A stretch of DNA of 60,705 nt, taken from positions 1-60,705 of the IMG/VR virus record IMGVR_UViG_3300024999_000109. The stretch is one strand, 5' to 3'. This document shows, one piece after another, positions 1 to 8,811 of the stretch (positions are counted from its first letter, which is position 1; each line of letters starts with the position of its first letter). This stretch comes from a virus (lineage: Duplodnaviria > Caudoviricetes). Under the pieces are notes generated by a model, which did not search any database, was not told where the DNA came from, and worked only from the letters and a program-made list of their open reading frames with translations. Both the position numbers and the translations under genes were made by a program.

Positions 1-5
1 CGTCT

Positions 6-131
6 CCATCGACGGCATCACTCTGCATACCAGCGCATCTCTCACGGCATCCGGCCGGGTTGAGATTATTCCGCACGTTCCGGTGTGTGGTGGGCTTAAA
101 ATCTCGGTGACGACGAACACCACGATTGACG
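6..131 (+). repeat. 126-bp terminal direct repeat, copy 1 (probably assembly circularisation overlap)
   Basis: ccatcgacggc...cacgattgacg identical to 60580-60705. Confidence 0.95.
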
Positions 132-168
132 CCGAAGGAGACGTTATCCCCCTGATGTTCGGAGACGC

Positions 169-1176
169 GTGATGAAGGCTCGTGATATTTTAACCAGAAT
201 GGGCCATCTCGCGCCATCCGGGTGCGTGTCGCTCTGGAACGCGAAAAGGCCGACATCGCGCATGGCTGGCCCTGCCCCTGTCTACAGCGCAGCCTCCCAG
301 CAACCCGACGCCAACGGCAATCTCGTCACCTGGCCGAACTATGTTCCGGGTCGGGGGGTGGAGGTGCATCGGGCTTATAGTAACCTCTTCACCGCTGGTG
401 CTCCTGCTGTTCAGGGCAAGACGCTGACAGCACAGAAATATTGCCTGCAAGTCTTCGGGACAGGGGCTGAGTGTGTGGCAGGTGCTTATGGCACGGCAAC
501 AACTGCAACGCCTCTCATATTCACAGCCACAGCCGGGGATACCACCTTTACCCCGACAACCTGTGAAAGATGGATGCTCACGGCAGCGGGCGGGTACGTT
601 TTTAGCTATGTCGCACCGGGGGTGTCAGTAGCCTCCACAGCCTCCACCAGCGCGGGCAATGGCCTGGCTATCCCGCTGGATGCGAGGATGACTGCTGCAC
701 TGAGTGCAGGGGGGAGATTCACCGCAACAGCCCTTGTCTGGATGGGGGTGGGGAGTGGGGAGATGCCTGCTACATCAGATTTGATTCACTTTCTAATATG
801 CAACGAATCTATCCAGAACATGCTATTTGCTTCAAACGCGGCCGGAGTTAATAGAATAGTTCGCGGTGGGGATGGGACAAATCTCACGTTTTTGGCGCAG
901 GCCTGGAACCGTGGAGAAATCCACCTCAAGGTAGTCCAGACCAACGCAGCAGGCACACAGTTCCGAGTAGGCAACCGTCGATACACCGCAGCAATGGTGC
1001 CGATAGATGCACTGACTTGGGGTGCGTGGGCAGCCTATGATGGAAGTTTTAATCCCTTAACTCACTTGAGGTTCGGGTATACCAGCACAGTGCCACTAGG
1101 ATTCTTGCAGACTCAGGTGTGGAATAAGAGCTGCGCGGATGCGGAAATCCTTTCCTTACTCAGGTATGCAGCATGA
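169..1176 (+). CDS. Putative virion or receptor-binding beta-sandwich protein
   Basis: 335 aa, Ala/Gly/Thr-rich; C-terminal half resembles a LamG/ConA-like fold; late-operon position. Confidence 0.45.
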   Translation: MMKARDILTRMGHLAPSGCVSLWNAKRPTSRMAGPAPVYSAASQQPDANGNLVTWPNYVPGRGVEVHRAYSNLFTAGAPAVQGKTLTAQKYCLQVFGTGAECVAGAYGTATTATPLIFTATAGDTTFTPTTCERWMLTAAGGYVFSYVAPGVSVASTASTSAGNGLAIPLDARMTAALSAGGRFTATALVWMGVGSGEMPATSDLIHFLICNESIQNMLFASNAAGVNRIVRGGDGTNLTFLAQAWNRGEIHLKVVQTNAAGTQFRVGNRRYTAAMVPIDALTWGAWAAYDGSFNPLTHLRFGYTSTVPLGFLQTQVWNKSCADAEILSLLRYAA

Positions 1177-1715
1177 GCAAACTCACACAAGAACGATTGA
1201 AAGAACTTGTTAACTACGATCCTGATACGGGAATTTTCACCTGGGCGTGCAGTAGGGTTGGGGCGCATTCTGGAGACGTAGCCGGATGCTTTGACCCAAC
1301 AAAAGGATACAGATATATAGGGTTAGACAACAGGCAGTACCAAGAACATCGAGTGGCTATTCTTTATATGGACGGCTACATGCCTGAAAATACAGTGGAC
1401 CACAAAAACAGGATCAGGCATGACAACAGGTATAAAAATCTAAGGGAAGCAACCTATCAATGTCAGATCAGAAACTGTGGCCCGCTGAAGACAAACACAT
1501 CAGGAGTTAAGGGTGTAGCGTGGCATAAGGTTGTCAAGAAATGGAGAGCACAGATAGGAGACAACGGCAAGCACGTGTGTATTGGGTACTTTTCTGACTT
1601 TTTTGAGGCTGTTTGTCATAGGTTCGCCGCCGAGCAAGCACTCGGATTTCAAGACTGTGATATTAACTCAGCCGCCAAGCAATACATAGACAGCCACTTG
1701 AGGTATGCATCATGA
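1173..1715 (+). CDS. HNH homing endonuclease with AP2-like C-terminal domain
   Basis: LTQERLKELVNYDPDTG; HRVA; VDHKNRIRHDNRYKNLR; NTSGVKGVAW..KKWRAQI. Confidence 0.9.
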   Translation: MSKLTQERLKELVNYDPDTGIFTWACSRVGAHSGDVAGCFDPTKGYRYIGLDNRQYQEHRVAILYMDGYMPENTVDHKNRIRHDNRYKNLREATYQCQIRNCGPLKTNTSGVKGVAWHKVVKKWRAQIGDNGKHVCIGYFSDFFEAVCHRFAAEQALGFQDCDINSAAKQYIDSHLRYAS

Positions 1716-1885
1716 CCAGACAAGAAGCAAACAGATTGAAGGCACAGATCAAGGATATTCTTGCAGGTATTGACGGCACTGAAGATGGAAGTGATGGTTG
1801 GTGGGAGACTTCCACAGGCGAAGAGTTTGGAGCAAAGAAGCTGGCTGAAGTGCTGAAGGCCATTGATGATGAGGTGTCAGAATGA
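1712..1885 (+). CDS. Hypothetical protein (57 aa)
   Basis: ATGA overlaps at both ends; MTRQEANRLKAQIKDILAG... Confidence 0.6.
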   Translation: MTRQEANRLKAQIKDILAGIDGTEDGSDGWWETSTGEEFGAKKLAEVLKAIDDEVSE

Positions 1886-2400
1886 AACTCGAACGAGGAC
1901 CATCATTCGGAGCCTACTATACCACCGACCCAGCCAAGCCTCAGCGCATCTTCGGACTGAAACCCGAGAACGGATTCCCATGCGGAACGTTCACAGTGAA
2001 CGGAGTGGCGAAAGGCGTGACATTCTTTCATTTCCTCAAGGATTTGCATGAGACAGCCATAGACGACCCTGAACATGCCGAGACATTCGACGTGGCTGCA
2101 CCCTGCGGAGACAAGTACAAGGACTCCCCAGTAATGGGAGGACTGCTGATGGGTGCCGATGTGACTGAAGCACTCAAGACCCTCAAACCTGTACCGAAAG
2201 GTCTGGTGGATAAGGATCTCAAGGACGGCAAAAAAGGCGAGCAGATCGTCAACGAGCGAGCCGGGATACTGGTTGGGGAGTTCCTTGGATTCACTCTGGC
2301 TGATGTGCTGAGGGATTTTCCCGAGATCTGGCAACCAACCACAGTAGATGGGGTCGAGGTTGCGAACGTGTGGAAATGCTCATTGGAGGCTTTGGGGTAG
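1882..2400 (+). CDS. Hypothetical protein
   Basis: 172-aa ORF with GAGGTG RBS, coupled to the upstream gene. Confidence 0.7.
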   Translation: MKLERGPSFGAYYTTDPAKPQRIFGLKPENGFPCGTFTVNGVAKGVTFFHFLKDLHETAIDDPEHAETFDVAAPCGDKYKDSPVMGGLLMGADVTEALKTLKPVPKGLVDKDLKDGKKGEQIVNERAGILVGEFLGFTLADVLRDFPEIWQPTTVDGVEVANVWKCSLEALG

Positions 2401-2553
2401 GTTTTCTTTCCACCCCAAAATTTCAGCCGATAAATCAAACGATTCAGGCAGGTTACTCGCTACAATCCAGCGTCTATGGCGCTGAATCTTCGGCGGGTAA
2501 CTTGCCTGAATTATTCTGGTATTATTTGGGTGGTTGGGGTGGATTTACCCCAA
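2391..2553. other. Candidate attP: 19-bp imperfect inverted repeat flanked by ACCCCAA arm-like repeats
   Basis: attcaggcaggttactcgc 2442-2460 vs gcgggtaacttgcctgaat 2493-2511; ACCCCAA/TTGGGGT copies near 2392, 2412, 2534, 2547; convergence point downstream of the integrase. Confidence 0.55.
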
Positions 2554-2761
2554 TGCGGAAGCTCCAAGCTGAAATGGCATCTTCCCTGGTTTTCCCGGTG
2601 ATTTTAACAACCCTCCGTAATGGCGGCGGCCCATCAATATCACACCAGTGTATTAAATCAACTGAGATTAATTTGCTCCGCATGCCGGTCCAAAACGTGT
2701 TTTCTTTCAGTTCTGTTTCCCCGTTTCCGCAGAACGGGCACGGCTCAAACGTGTCGCTCAT
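2522..2761 (-). CDS. Lar-family (restriction-alleviation-like) zinc protein
   Basis: EPCPFCG N-terminus and ..EDAISAW C-terminal motif. Confidence 0.6.
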   Translation of the reverse strand: MSDTFEPCPFCGNGETELKENTFWTGMRSKLISVDLIHWCDIDGPPPLRRVVKITGKTREDAISAWSFRIGVNPPQPPK

Positions 2762-2782
2762 CTCACCACTCCTTTTGTAATT

Positions 2783-3799
2783 TTACCCCAACAAATCAAC
2801 AGCCTTCTTTTTAAGCGCAGATGAAACATGCTGATACCGCATCGTCATCGCAATATTTTTATGCCCTAAAATTTGCGACACAGCTTGAGCGTCCGCCCCT
2901 GCTTCCAGCATGTCTGTGGCGCACCGATGTCGTAGGTCGTAAGGTCTTATCCTCCGCGTAATCCCGGCCCTCCGCTTCGCAGCATTCCATCCGTGCTGCA
3001 ACTTCAATATTGGTTTGCCCCTGTAATGGATTAAATGCCGTATACCAGCCTCTTTGTCCTCTACATGCCATTGGACCAGAAGGGCAAGGATCGTTGAATT
3101 TAACGGCACCATCCTCACCGGAAGACCTCCTTTGTCTGCGCTGATAACCATCAGGGTCTTATCTGCAAAATCAACCGCGTCCCAGGTTAAAGAAAGGAGT
3201 TCTATTCTTCCGACCCTCAACCCGATGTGATACGAGATAAGCATGGCCCTTTGGGTATGGGGCGAAGCGCAGGCCAGGATAGCCTCAAATTCCGCTTTAG
3301 TCGGCGGTTGGAGTATGGCATCATCCCGGCGTGGGAACGTGAAATTATCGGCAGGGTATGAGGTAATCAGCCGTCTTTTGACCGACCACCGGAGGATTGC
3401 CCGGATCACCGTCAACTCGGCGTGAATGGTGGTCATCTTGACCGTCGCTATCCTGGTTGAGATATACCTGTCGAGGACCGTGGCCGTTATCTCGTGGGCT
3501 GGTAGGTGGCCTACAATCGGCAGGATGGTATTCGGCAGGCGGTAGAGTAAACCCTCGTAGGTGGATCGTGCGAGGGTGTGGCGTTTTGCGCCTATGTACT
3601 CATTCGACAGCTCAGTAAGCGTCGGGGACCGCTGCAACGACCTGATACCCAGTCCGAGCGAAGCGTTGAAGGCTGTCGCCGCTTGCTCGGCTGCCGGACC
3701 CCTGCCGAAGTATTTCTTCGTGGCGTTGGGGTGGTCGGGGTCTTTGCCTTTGCTGTGCTGGACCTGCCAGCGGCCGTCTGGTAGTTGGTGGACGCTCAT
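2783..3799 (-). CDS. int: Tyrosine integrase
   Basis: GLRVG (R), YDLRH (HxxR-like), ILGH, and MRY catalytic Tyr. Confidence 0.93.
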   Translation of the reverse strand: MSVHQLPDGRWQVQHSKGKDPDHPNATKKYFGRGPAAEQAATAFNASLGLGIRSLQRSPTLTELSNEYIGAKRHTLARSTYEGLLYRLPNTILPIVGHLPAHEITATVLDRYISTRIATVKMTTIHAELTVIRAILRWSVKRRLITSYPADNFTFPRRDDAILQPPTKAEFEAILACASPHTQRAMLISYHIGLRVGRIELLSLTWDAVDFADKTLMVISADKGGLPVRMVPLNSTILALLVQWHVEDKEAGIRHLIHYRGKPILKLQHGWNAAKRRAGITRRIRPYDLRHRCATDMLEAGADAQAVSQILGHKNIAMTMRYQHVSSALKKKAVDLLG

Positions 3800-3975
3800 T
3801 TTTCCTCAACCGGTCCCAGCCGAACAATTTCAGAAGAGTACCCAATATCGTCAATAGCTACAGAAAACACACGCAGGCCCATTCCGTATTTCGACCCGTC
3901 AGGCTCCAGAAGCCCGAACTCAACATCAAAATCAGGGAACCTAAGCAACATCTCGGCAAGCTCTTTAGCTTTCAT
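3796..3975 (-). CDS. Hypothetical protein coupled to int (excisionase position)
   Basis: MKAKELAEMLLRF..., GGAGG RBS, ATGA overlap with int. Confidence 0.55.
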   Translation of the reverse strand: MKAKELAEMLLRFPDFDVEFGLLEPDGSKYGMGLRVFSVAIDDIGYSSEIVRLGPVEEK

Positions 3976-4137
3976 ATCCCCTCCGCCTCAGGTTATGGGT
4001 AAGTCTAGTAGTTGGCGGGCGCTCATTTTAGCCTGTAAACCAATAGCCGGTGACAATGCTAAGCCACAGCAGCAAACCACCTATTCCAACAGCTACCCCG
4101 CCTAAAGTTAGAATAATGGCATCTTTTCTGGACATCG

Positions 4138-4458
4138 CTACTCCTCCGGTCCGGCCGGTATCGGCATCCAATGGGTTGGTTGGTCATCGTCCCATCGCAG
4201 AAACGTATCGCTGCCCATCCCAAAACCGCCATTGCATGGGACCAGCACAAACCAACCCTCACCAATAAATGATTGTTTCTCGTAAGATGCCGTCGCCACC
4301 CTGCCGCCTGGGCACAGAATGATAACGTGTGTCCCGTCCTTTGGAACTGTCGCTATCGGTCGCCATGCCGGCACATCCTCAACTTTACACCATCCACCGC
4401 CCTCAGTCTCGGACATTACTATGCAATCGCCTAGGTCCACTGGTTCGTAGGTTTTCAT
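4138..4458 (-). CDS. DUF551-like protein
   Basis: WRPIATVPKDGT...PTHWMPIP. Confidence 0.7.
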   Translation of the reverse strand: MKTYEPVDLGDCIVMSETEGGGWCKVEDVPAWRPIATVPKDGTHVIILCPGGRVATASYEKQSFIGEGWFVLVPCNGGFGMGSDTFLRWDDDQPTHWMPIPAGPEE

Positions 4459-4838
4459 CTCCCCTCCATCTCAGGCCATGGATAAAGCACATTGTAAGGT
4501 GCATTGTCATAGCACCGACGGTCATTATTTATCGCAAAAATAACCCGCTGATTGTTGATCAGGTAAGAGGTGCGTTTCAACCCGGTATATCCGCCCATCC
4601 GATTTTTTCCATTCGCCTGAAGGCAGACATTGTACCCCACCGCCATTGCCAATACTCCAGGTGTAGGCTGGGAGATTCGCACATCCCGGAGGCTGTAGGG
4701 ATCGAAATAGGTCTGCTTTATGTGGGCGGCGACTACCTCCTTGTAGTTGTCCGGGTATGGGCCTGCTCCTTCCTGGGTCCATGTTGCCGCGCAGCCTGAT
4801 AGCATGGCGAGTGCGGCGAGTGCGATTAGCTTTATCAT
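4455..4838 (-). CDS. Lipoprotein (possible superinfection exclusion)
   Basis: MIKLIALAALAMLSGC lipobox. Confidence 0.7.
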   Translation of the reverse strand: MIKLIALAALAMLSGCAATWTQEGAGPYPDNYKEVVAAHIKQTYFDPYSLRDVRISQPTPGVLAMAVGYNVCLQANGKNRMGGYTGLKRTSYLINNQRVIFAINNDRRCYDNAPYNVLYPWPEMEGR

Positions 4839-5008
4839 TTATCCCTCCCCTTTAATTCCAACATAGTCCGCAGGGCAGCGCCCTTCAGCAAGCGAACGCC
4901 CTGCTCCCAATTCTCGACCGCCTTTTTCGATACACCGACACGCTCGGCAAGTTCTTGCTGCGTCAGTCTTAGGTGCTGGCGGAGGGCTTTGATTTCTTGC
5001 GGGGTCAT
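4835..5008 (-). CDS. XRE-family HTH regulator
   Basis: IKALRQHLRLTQQELAERVGVSKKAVENWEQG. Confidence 0.9.
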   Translation of the reverse strand: MTPQEIKALRQHLRLTQQELAERVGVSKKAVENWEQGVRLLKGAALRTMLELKGRDK

Positions 5009-5018
5009 ATTGCTCTCT

Positions 5019-5381
5019 TTAGACATTCAGCGCAGAATCCGCCTTTCCTGGTGCGTCGGGCAGTGACATCCAGTGTGTTGCCCTGCCATGCAAATATGCT
5101 GTTCCTGGCGTTGCTACATCAACATTCCCCGCACTAGCAACCTCTGCGATCCACTTGCGTTCCGGCCAATCTTCGTACCATCCGAGAAGGAGGTTGGTTC
5201 CGTCCTTCGGAGAGGTGTCTATCGGCTGCCATTTGACAACTGCTTCTAGCGCCAGTTCGGCGGCTGCGTGGCGAGCGTGTTTATGGCCAACCCGGTACGC
5301 ATGGTCCTGGCCTTTCCCGCACAACTCCCAGTCTGTAGGATTGTCGCACGGGATATTCATTATTTCATCATGTAGATTCAT
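5019..5381 (-). CDS. DUF551-like fusion protein
   Basis: MNLHDEIMNIP...ARHAAAELAL joined to WQPIDTSPKDGT...THWMSLP; AGGAGAGG RBS. Confidence 0.7.
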   Translation of the reverse strand: MNLHDEIMNIPCDNPTDWELCGKGQDHAYRVGHKHARHAAAELALEAVVKWQPIDTSPKDGTNLLLGWYEDWPERKWIAEVASAGNVDVATPGTAYLHGRATHWMSLPDAPGKADSALNV

Positions 5382-5441
5382 TTCCTCTCCTTGTATCGCA
5401 TCTGTTATAGACAAAACTATTTGTGTCTCATTAAAGCCAGA

Positions 5442-5750
5442 TTATGAGGCACAAGCCTTGACCTGAAACTGGACAACGGGGCAACGCTCTATCCCATCCT
5501 CGCCCTTGTCCCATCGGAGAAGAGGAACACGGTAATTGTCGTAACGGATATCAAGGATATAATTAGGCTGGAAATCCTTTTGTGCCACAACCCAGACCTT
5601 TTCAAACCTGCGGTTTATCTTCAATGCTGACTTCCACCCGTATTCTGTCCCGGCCTTTAATGCTTCTCCCTTGGTGCGGAATGTCTTAACAAGGCCGTCT
5701 GCTATTGGGTAAAAAAGGGCCTTTTCAAGATTATCTACGACCATGGCCAT
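5442..5750 (-). CDS. Hypothetical protein, first gene of the leftward cassette
   Basis: AAGGAG RBS; promoter-like element upstream. Confidence 0.7.
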   Translation of the reverse strand: MAMVVDNLEKALFYPIADGLVKTFRTKGEALKAGTEYGWKSALKINRRFEKVWVVAQKDFQPNYILDIRYDNYRVPLLRWDKGEDGIERCPVVQFQVKACAS

Positions 5751-5791
5751 CTCCTTTGGGTTGTGGGTTAATTCCCTTCCTCTTGATTAAA

Positions 5792-5819
5792 CTGTATCAC
5801 CCAACGGGGGACAGTGCAA
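5792..5819 (-). promoter_or_regulatory. Sigma70-like leftward promoter
   Basis: Minus strand TTGCAC-16 nt-TACAGT. Confidence 0.45.
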
Positions 5820-5883
5820 GCAAATAAAGAGGGCAAGTGAAATTATTTTCCACCGCCCTCAATTAAACCCAATGCTTTCCGAT

Positions 5884-6180
5884 TCAATCAGCGCACCCAG
5901 CAAGAAAAATCATCGCAACGGTCATAGCAATCCTTCCCGCCTTGCCATCCCAGTCTTTACAGCAGTGCGAGCACCGGGACAGCCAGTCGCGGTTACATGG
6001 GTTCTTCGCCCTGCTGAACAGTTTGGCCCCTGCTGATTTACAACGCTCGGTCAAGCCTTTACCGGGTGGATTAGGTGCATTTTCCGCTCCACCGGATAGC
6101 ACTGAAAATCTTTTACTGTTTGCCGGAAAACTCTTGTAGGATTTTCCCCTACGCGGTAATTTCTGACTAGCGGAGTCCAT
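5884..6180 (-). CDS. Hypothetical protein coupled to the repressor
   Basis: TAATG overlap with the repressor stop codon. Confidence 0.45.
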   Translation of the reverse strand: MDSASQKLPRRGKSYKSFPANSKRFSVLSGGAENAPNPPGKGLTERCKSAGAKLFSRAKNPCNRDWLSRCSHCCKDWDGKAGRIAMTVAMIFLAGCAD

Positions 6181-6650
6181 TACCCGTTCGCAGCCTGTTC
6201 CGCCCCCTTTTGGAGTCCAGTCACTATCGCAATTAACGTGTCAAGTTTCTGGCCAAGACCTTTCATTTCCCCTCTCATCCCTTCCATCTCTGCCTCATTC
6301 TTGCAAGCCTTGAATAACGCTTTGACGCTCGATACAAGCGCCGCCTTGTAAATCTGCGGGCCGGTCATGATATCCGTCATCATGGCCACCGCTTCATCAA
6401 TCTTTATTTCCCTGCCCAATCCATTCCGGAATGTCTCCGGTAATTCCTCAGCACCTGACAGCGTAGGAAGTCTATCCCTGCCCAGTTCGAGAATAGCGAC
6501 CATCGTTTCACCGTCCGGCATGGTCAAACCTGACTCCCACTTACCGACCGCCTGCTGTGTCCTGCTAAACCTGTCGGCAAATTCCGCCTGGGTGTCGCCC
6601 AGGTCCTCCCTAATTTTCTTGATCCGCAATCCGATTTGTTTCCTTTCCAT
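6180..6650 (-). CDS. CI-like XRE repressor without an S24 peptidase domain
   Basis: IKKIREDLGDTQAEFADRFSRTQQAVGKWESG; divergent from cro-like gene. Confidence 0.85.
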   Translation of the reverse strand: MERKQIGLRIKKIREDLGDTQAEFADRFSRTQQAVGKWESGLTMPDGETMVAILELGRDRLPTLSGAEELPETFRNGLGREIKIDEAVAMMTDIMTGPQIYKAALVSSVKALFKACKNEAEMEGMRGEMKGLGQKLDTLIAIVTGLQKGAEQAANG

Positions 6651-6700
6651 AGTGATCCCCTCCCAAGGAATAATAGTCTCAATTCACTCTATGACACAAT

Positions 6701-6786
6701 TTGTAGCGATACAAGAATAAAATACAATTGGTGTCATTTTTTCCTTGTGCTTGTAAAAAAACAAGAGTACCTTGTGTAAAAACAAG
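6701..6786. promoter_or_regulatory. Three palindromic operators (C)TTGT-N6-ACAAG
   Basis: 6701-6715, 6750-6765 and 6771-6786, between the divergent regulators. Confidence 0.8.
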
Positions 6787-6798
6787 GAGGATTTAAGG

Positions 6799-7002
6799 AT
6801 GACCAAACAAGAATTTTCTGAAAAGATATTAGGATGTTCGTACAGTCTTTTTAGGGCCGTTTTAGGTGGTAAGCGCAACTTCTCATACAAGAGAGCTTTG
6901 CTTGTATCGCAACTCTTAAATACAAGTTGTGGCATCTGGCAGGACGCAGAAAGGGCCGCTGAAAGGCGGATCGCTTGGATTAAATTTGCGGGGAAGAAAT
7001 AG
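6799..7002 (+). CDS. Cro-like regulator
   Basis: AAGGAGG RBS; MTKQEFSEKILGCSYS...; small, divergent from cI. Confidence 0.75.
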   Translation: MTKQEFSEKILGCSYSLFRAVLGGKRNFSYKRALLVSQLLNTSCGIWQDAERAAERRIAWIKFAGKK

Positions 7003-7005
7003 GCC

Positions 7006-7992
7006 ATGGCACTCCAACCAGTACCCCAAGCCAGAAAAATGAGGCCGACAATCCACATAGTCAGCGTCTCAGGTGGAAAGGACTCGACCGTCACCCTCGA
7101 CATAGCCATCGAGCGTGTCGGCAAGGAAAACGTCAGAGCAATCTACTGCGACACCGGCAACGAAAATCCGATTGTCTATGAGTACCTGGATTATCTGGAG
7201 GAAAGGCTCGGTGTCAAAATCGAGAGGTTGGTGGCTGATTTTTCCTCAAGGGTACTGGCAAAAAGGAAATTCATCGCCAGCGACCAGCGCAAGGGCCGCA
7301 GGAATGGCAGGAAAATTCGGTGGTCGAATAGAGCAAAACGCAGGGCTTTAGCGGTTCTTTACCCTTCTGGAAATCCATTCCTTGATCTCTGTATGTGGAA
7401 GGGGCGGTTCCCGAGCAGGAAGGCTCAGTTTTGCACCCAGGAGCTAAAGACGGCCATGGCGGTTGCCTACCAGCATCAGAAGGCAGAAGAGGGATATGCG
7501 GTAATTTCCTGGCAGGGAGTCAGGCGGGATGAGAGCCAGAACCGCAAGGATGCAAAAAAGATAGAGCGGCTGGCCGAAGGGATGTTCGCATTCCGCCCGC
7601 TGATCAAGTGGACTGCAAAACAGGTTTTTGAATATCACGCCAACCACAACATCAAGCCAAACCCGCTGTACTCACTTGGGATGACACGTGTCGGATGTAT
7701 GCCATGTATAAATGTTAACAAAGCAGAATTACGGCAAATATCATCACGGTTTCCTGAAATAATAGAGCGCATTGTTGATTGGGAATACAAGGTCGGGTGT
7801 TGCTCAAAAAGAGGATTTTCCACACTTATCTGTAAAAAAGATAACAGGCCAGACAGGCGCGAAATATTTGCCAGTTTGAATATACGCTCGTCTGTTCAGT
7901 GGTCAAAAACAACCAGGGGCGGCAAGCAAGGCGACATCCTGAGCCTATTGGAGCCGAGGGCGTGTGCATCATCCTATGGCCTGTGTGAATAA
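7006..7992 (+). CDS. Phosphoadenosine phosphosulfate reductase family (PP-loop, DndC-like) protein
   Basis: SVSGGKDS; DTGNE; FCTQELK; GVRRDES; RVGCMPC. Confidence 0.88.
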   Translation: MALQPVPQARKMRPTIHIVSVSGGKDSTVTLDIAIERVGKENVRAIYCDTGNENPIVYEYLDYLEERLGVKIERLVADFSSRVLAKRKFIASDQRKGRRNGRKIRWSNRAKRRALAVLYPSGNPFLDLCMWKGRFPSRKAQFCTQELKTAMAVAYQHQKAEEGYAVISWQGVRRDESQNRKDAKKIERLAEGMFAFRPLIKWTAKQVFEYHANHNIKPNPLYSLGMTRVGCMPCINVNKAELRQISSRFPEIIERIVDWEYKVGCCSKRGFSTLICKKDNRPDRREIFASLNIRSSVQWSKTTRGGKQGDILSLLEPRACASSYGLCE

Positions 7993-7993
7993 A

Positions 7994-8170
7994 ATGGCAC
8001 TCCAACCAGTACCCCAAGCAATGATCTGGGCAGCCGAGCTAGAGCGCCAAGCCAAGGAACTGCTACTCAAGGCTGCGGAGATGCGGGCGAGTTGCACGGA
8101 GTATCAGCCTCGGCGGCATGTCGAGTTCATGTGGGGACGGGAGAAGAAAACGGGAGGACGGAAACGATGA
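7994..8170 (+). CDS. Hypothetical protein sharing the N-terminus MALQPVPQA with the upstream gene
   Basis: 26-bp repeat at its start; ATGA overlap with the MTase. Confidence 0.65.
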   Translation: MALQPVPQAMIWAAELERQAKELLLKAAEMRASCTEYQPRRHVEFMWGREKKTGGRKR

Positions 8171-8811
8171 ATGTCCTCGATTTGTTCTCTGGTCTGGGTG
8201 GCATGAGCTTAGGGCTTGAACGCGCTGGCATGAAAACTATCGCCTTTTGCGAGGTAGACGAATTTTGCAGAAAGATACTGAAAAAACACTGGCCGACGAT
8301 ACCGATATTCAAGGACGTGAAAACGCTTTTTCCGCTTAAGTCATCTGCGGGGGATTCCCCTGCCAGGATATCAGCAATGCAGGAAAATGCGCCGGAATAT
8401 CTGGGGAGCGTTCTGGTCTATGGAAACACCTATGCGAAGGCATTCGCGTGGTACGACCGCTCTACGCGCTGCTGGAGAACGTGGCAGCGTTGCTTAAACG
8501 GGGGCTTTCAACAATACTCGGGGACCTGGCCGAGATCGGGTATGACGCGGAGTGGCATTGCATACCAGCTTCCTACGTTGGTGCCAGGCAATTACGGGAC
8601 AGAGCGTGGATTGTGGCCAACCCCGAATGCAACAGCGTTCAAGGGCGGACGGTTATCTGGGAGGCGTGGCAAAAAACGACCAGAGCGGAACAACTGGCAG
8701 GACTGGTGCAGCCTTGTGCTTGGCCAACGGTATCCAGTGCCGGAAACAGCGGAACAGGTCATGGGATACCCAACGGGGTGGAGCGAAATAAAGCCATCGG
8801 AAATTCAGTAG
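8167..8811 (+). CDS. C5 cytosine methyltransferase frame A (motifs I-III plus WPTP region and motif IX-like segment)
   Basis: VLDLFSGLGG; AFCE; later WPTP and AEQVMGYPTGW. Confidence 0.75.
   Translation: MNVLDLFSGLGGMSLGLERAGMKTIAFCEVDEFCRKILKKHWPTIPIFKDVKTLFPLKSSAGDSPARISAMQENAPEYLGSVLVYGNTYAKAFAWYDRSTRCWRTWQRCLNGGFQQYSGTWPRSGMTRSGIAYQLPTLVPGNYGTERGLWPTPNATAFKGGRLSGRRGKKRPERNNWQDWCSLVLGQRYPVPETAEQVMGYPTGWSEIKPSEIQ

Noticed and set aside
1-131. Biological terminal repeat
   Set aside because: Length is close to a typical assembly k-mer, it lies inside an ORF and the first 5 bases mismatch; more likely a circularisation overlap
169-1176. Diversity-generating retroelement target
   Set aside because: No reverse transcriptase and no adenine-variant template repeat seen
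7006-7992. Complete Dnd phosphorothioation system or sulfur-assimilation gene
   Set aside because: No dndA/B/D/E or cys partner genes; only the family-level call is supported
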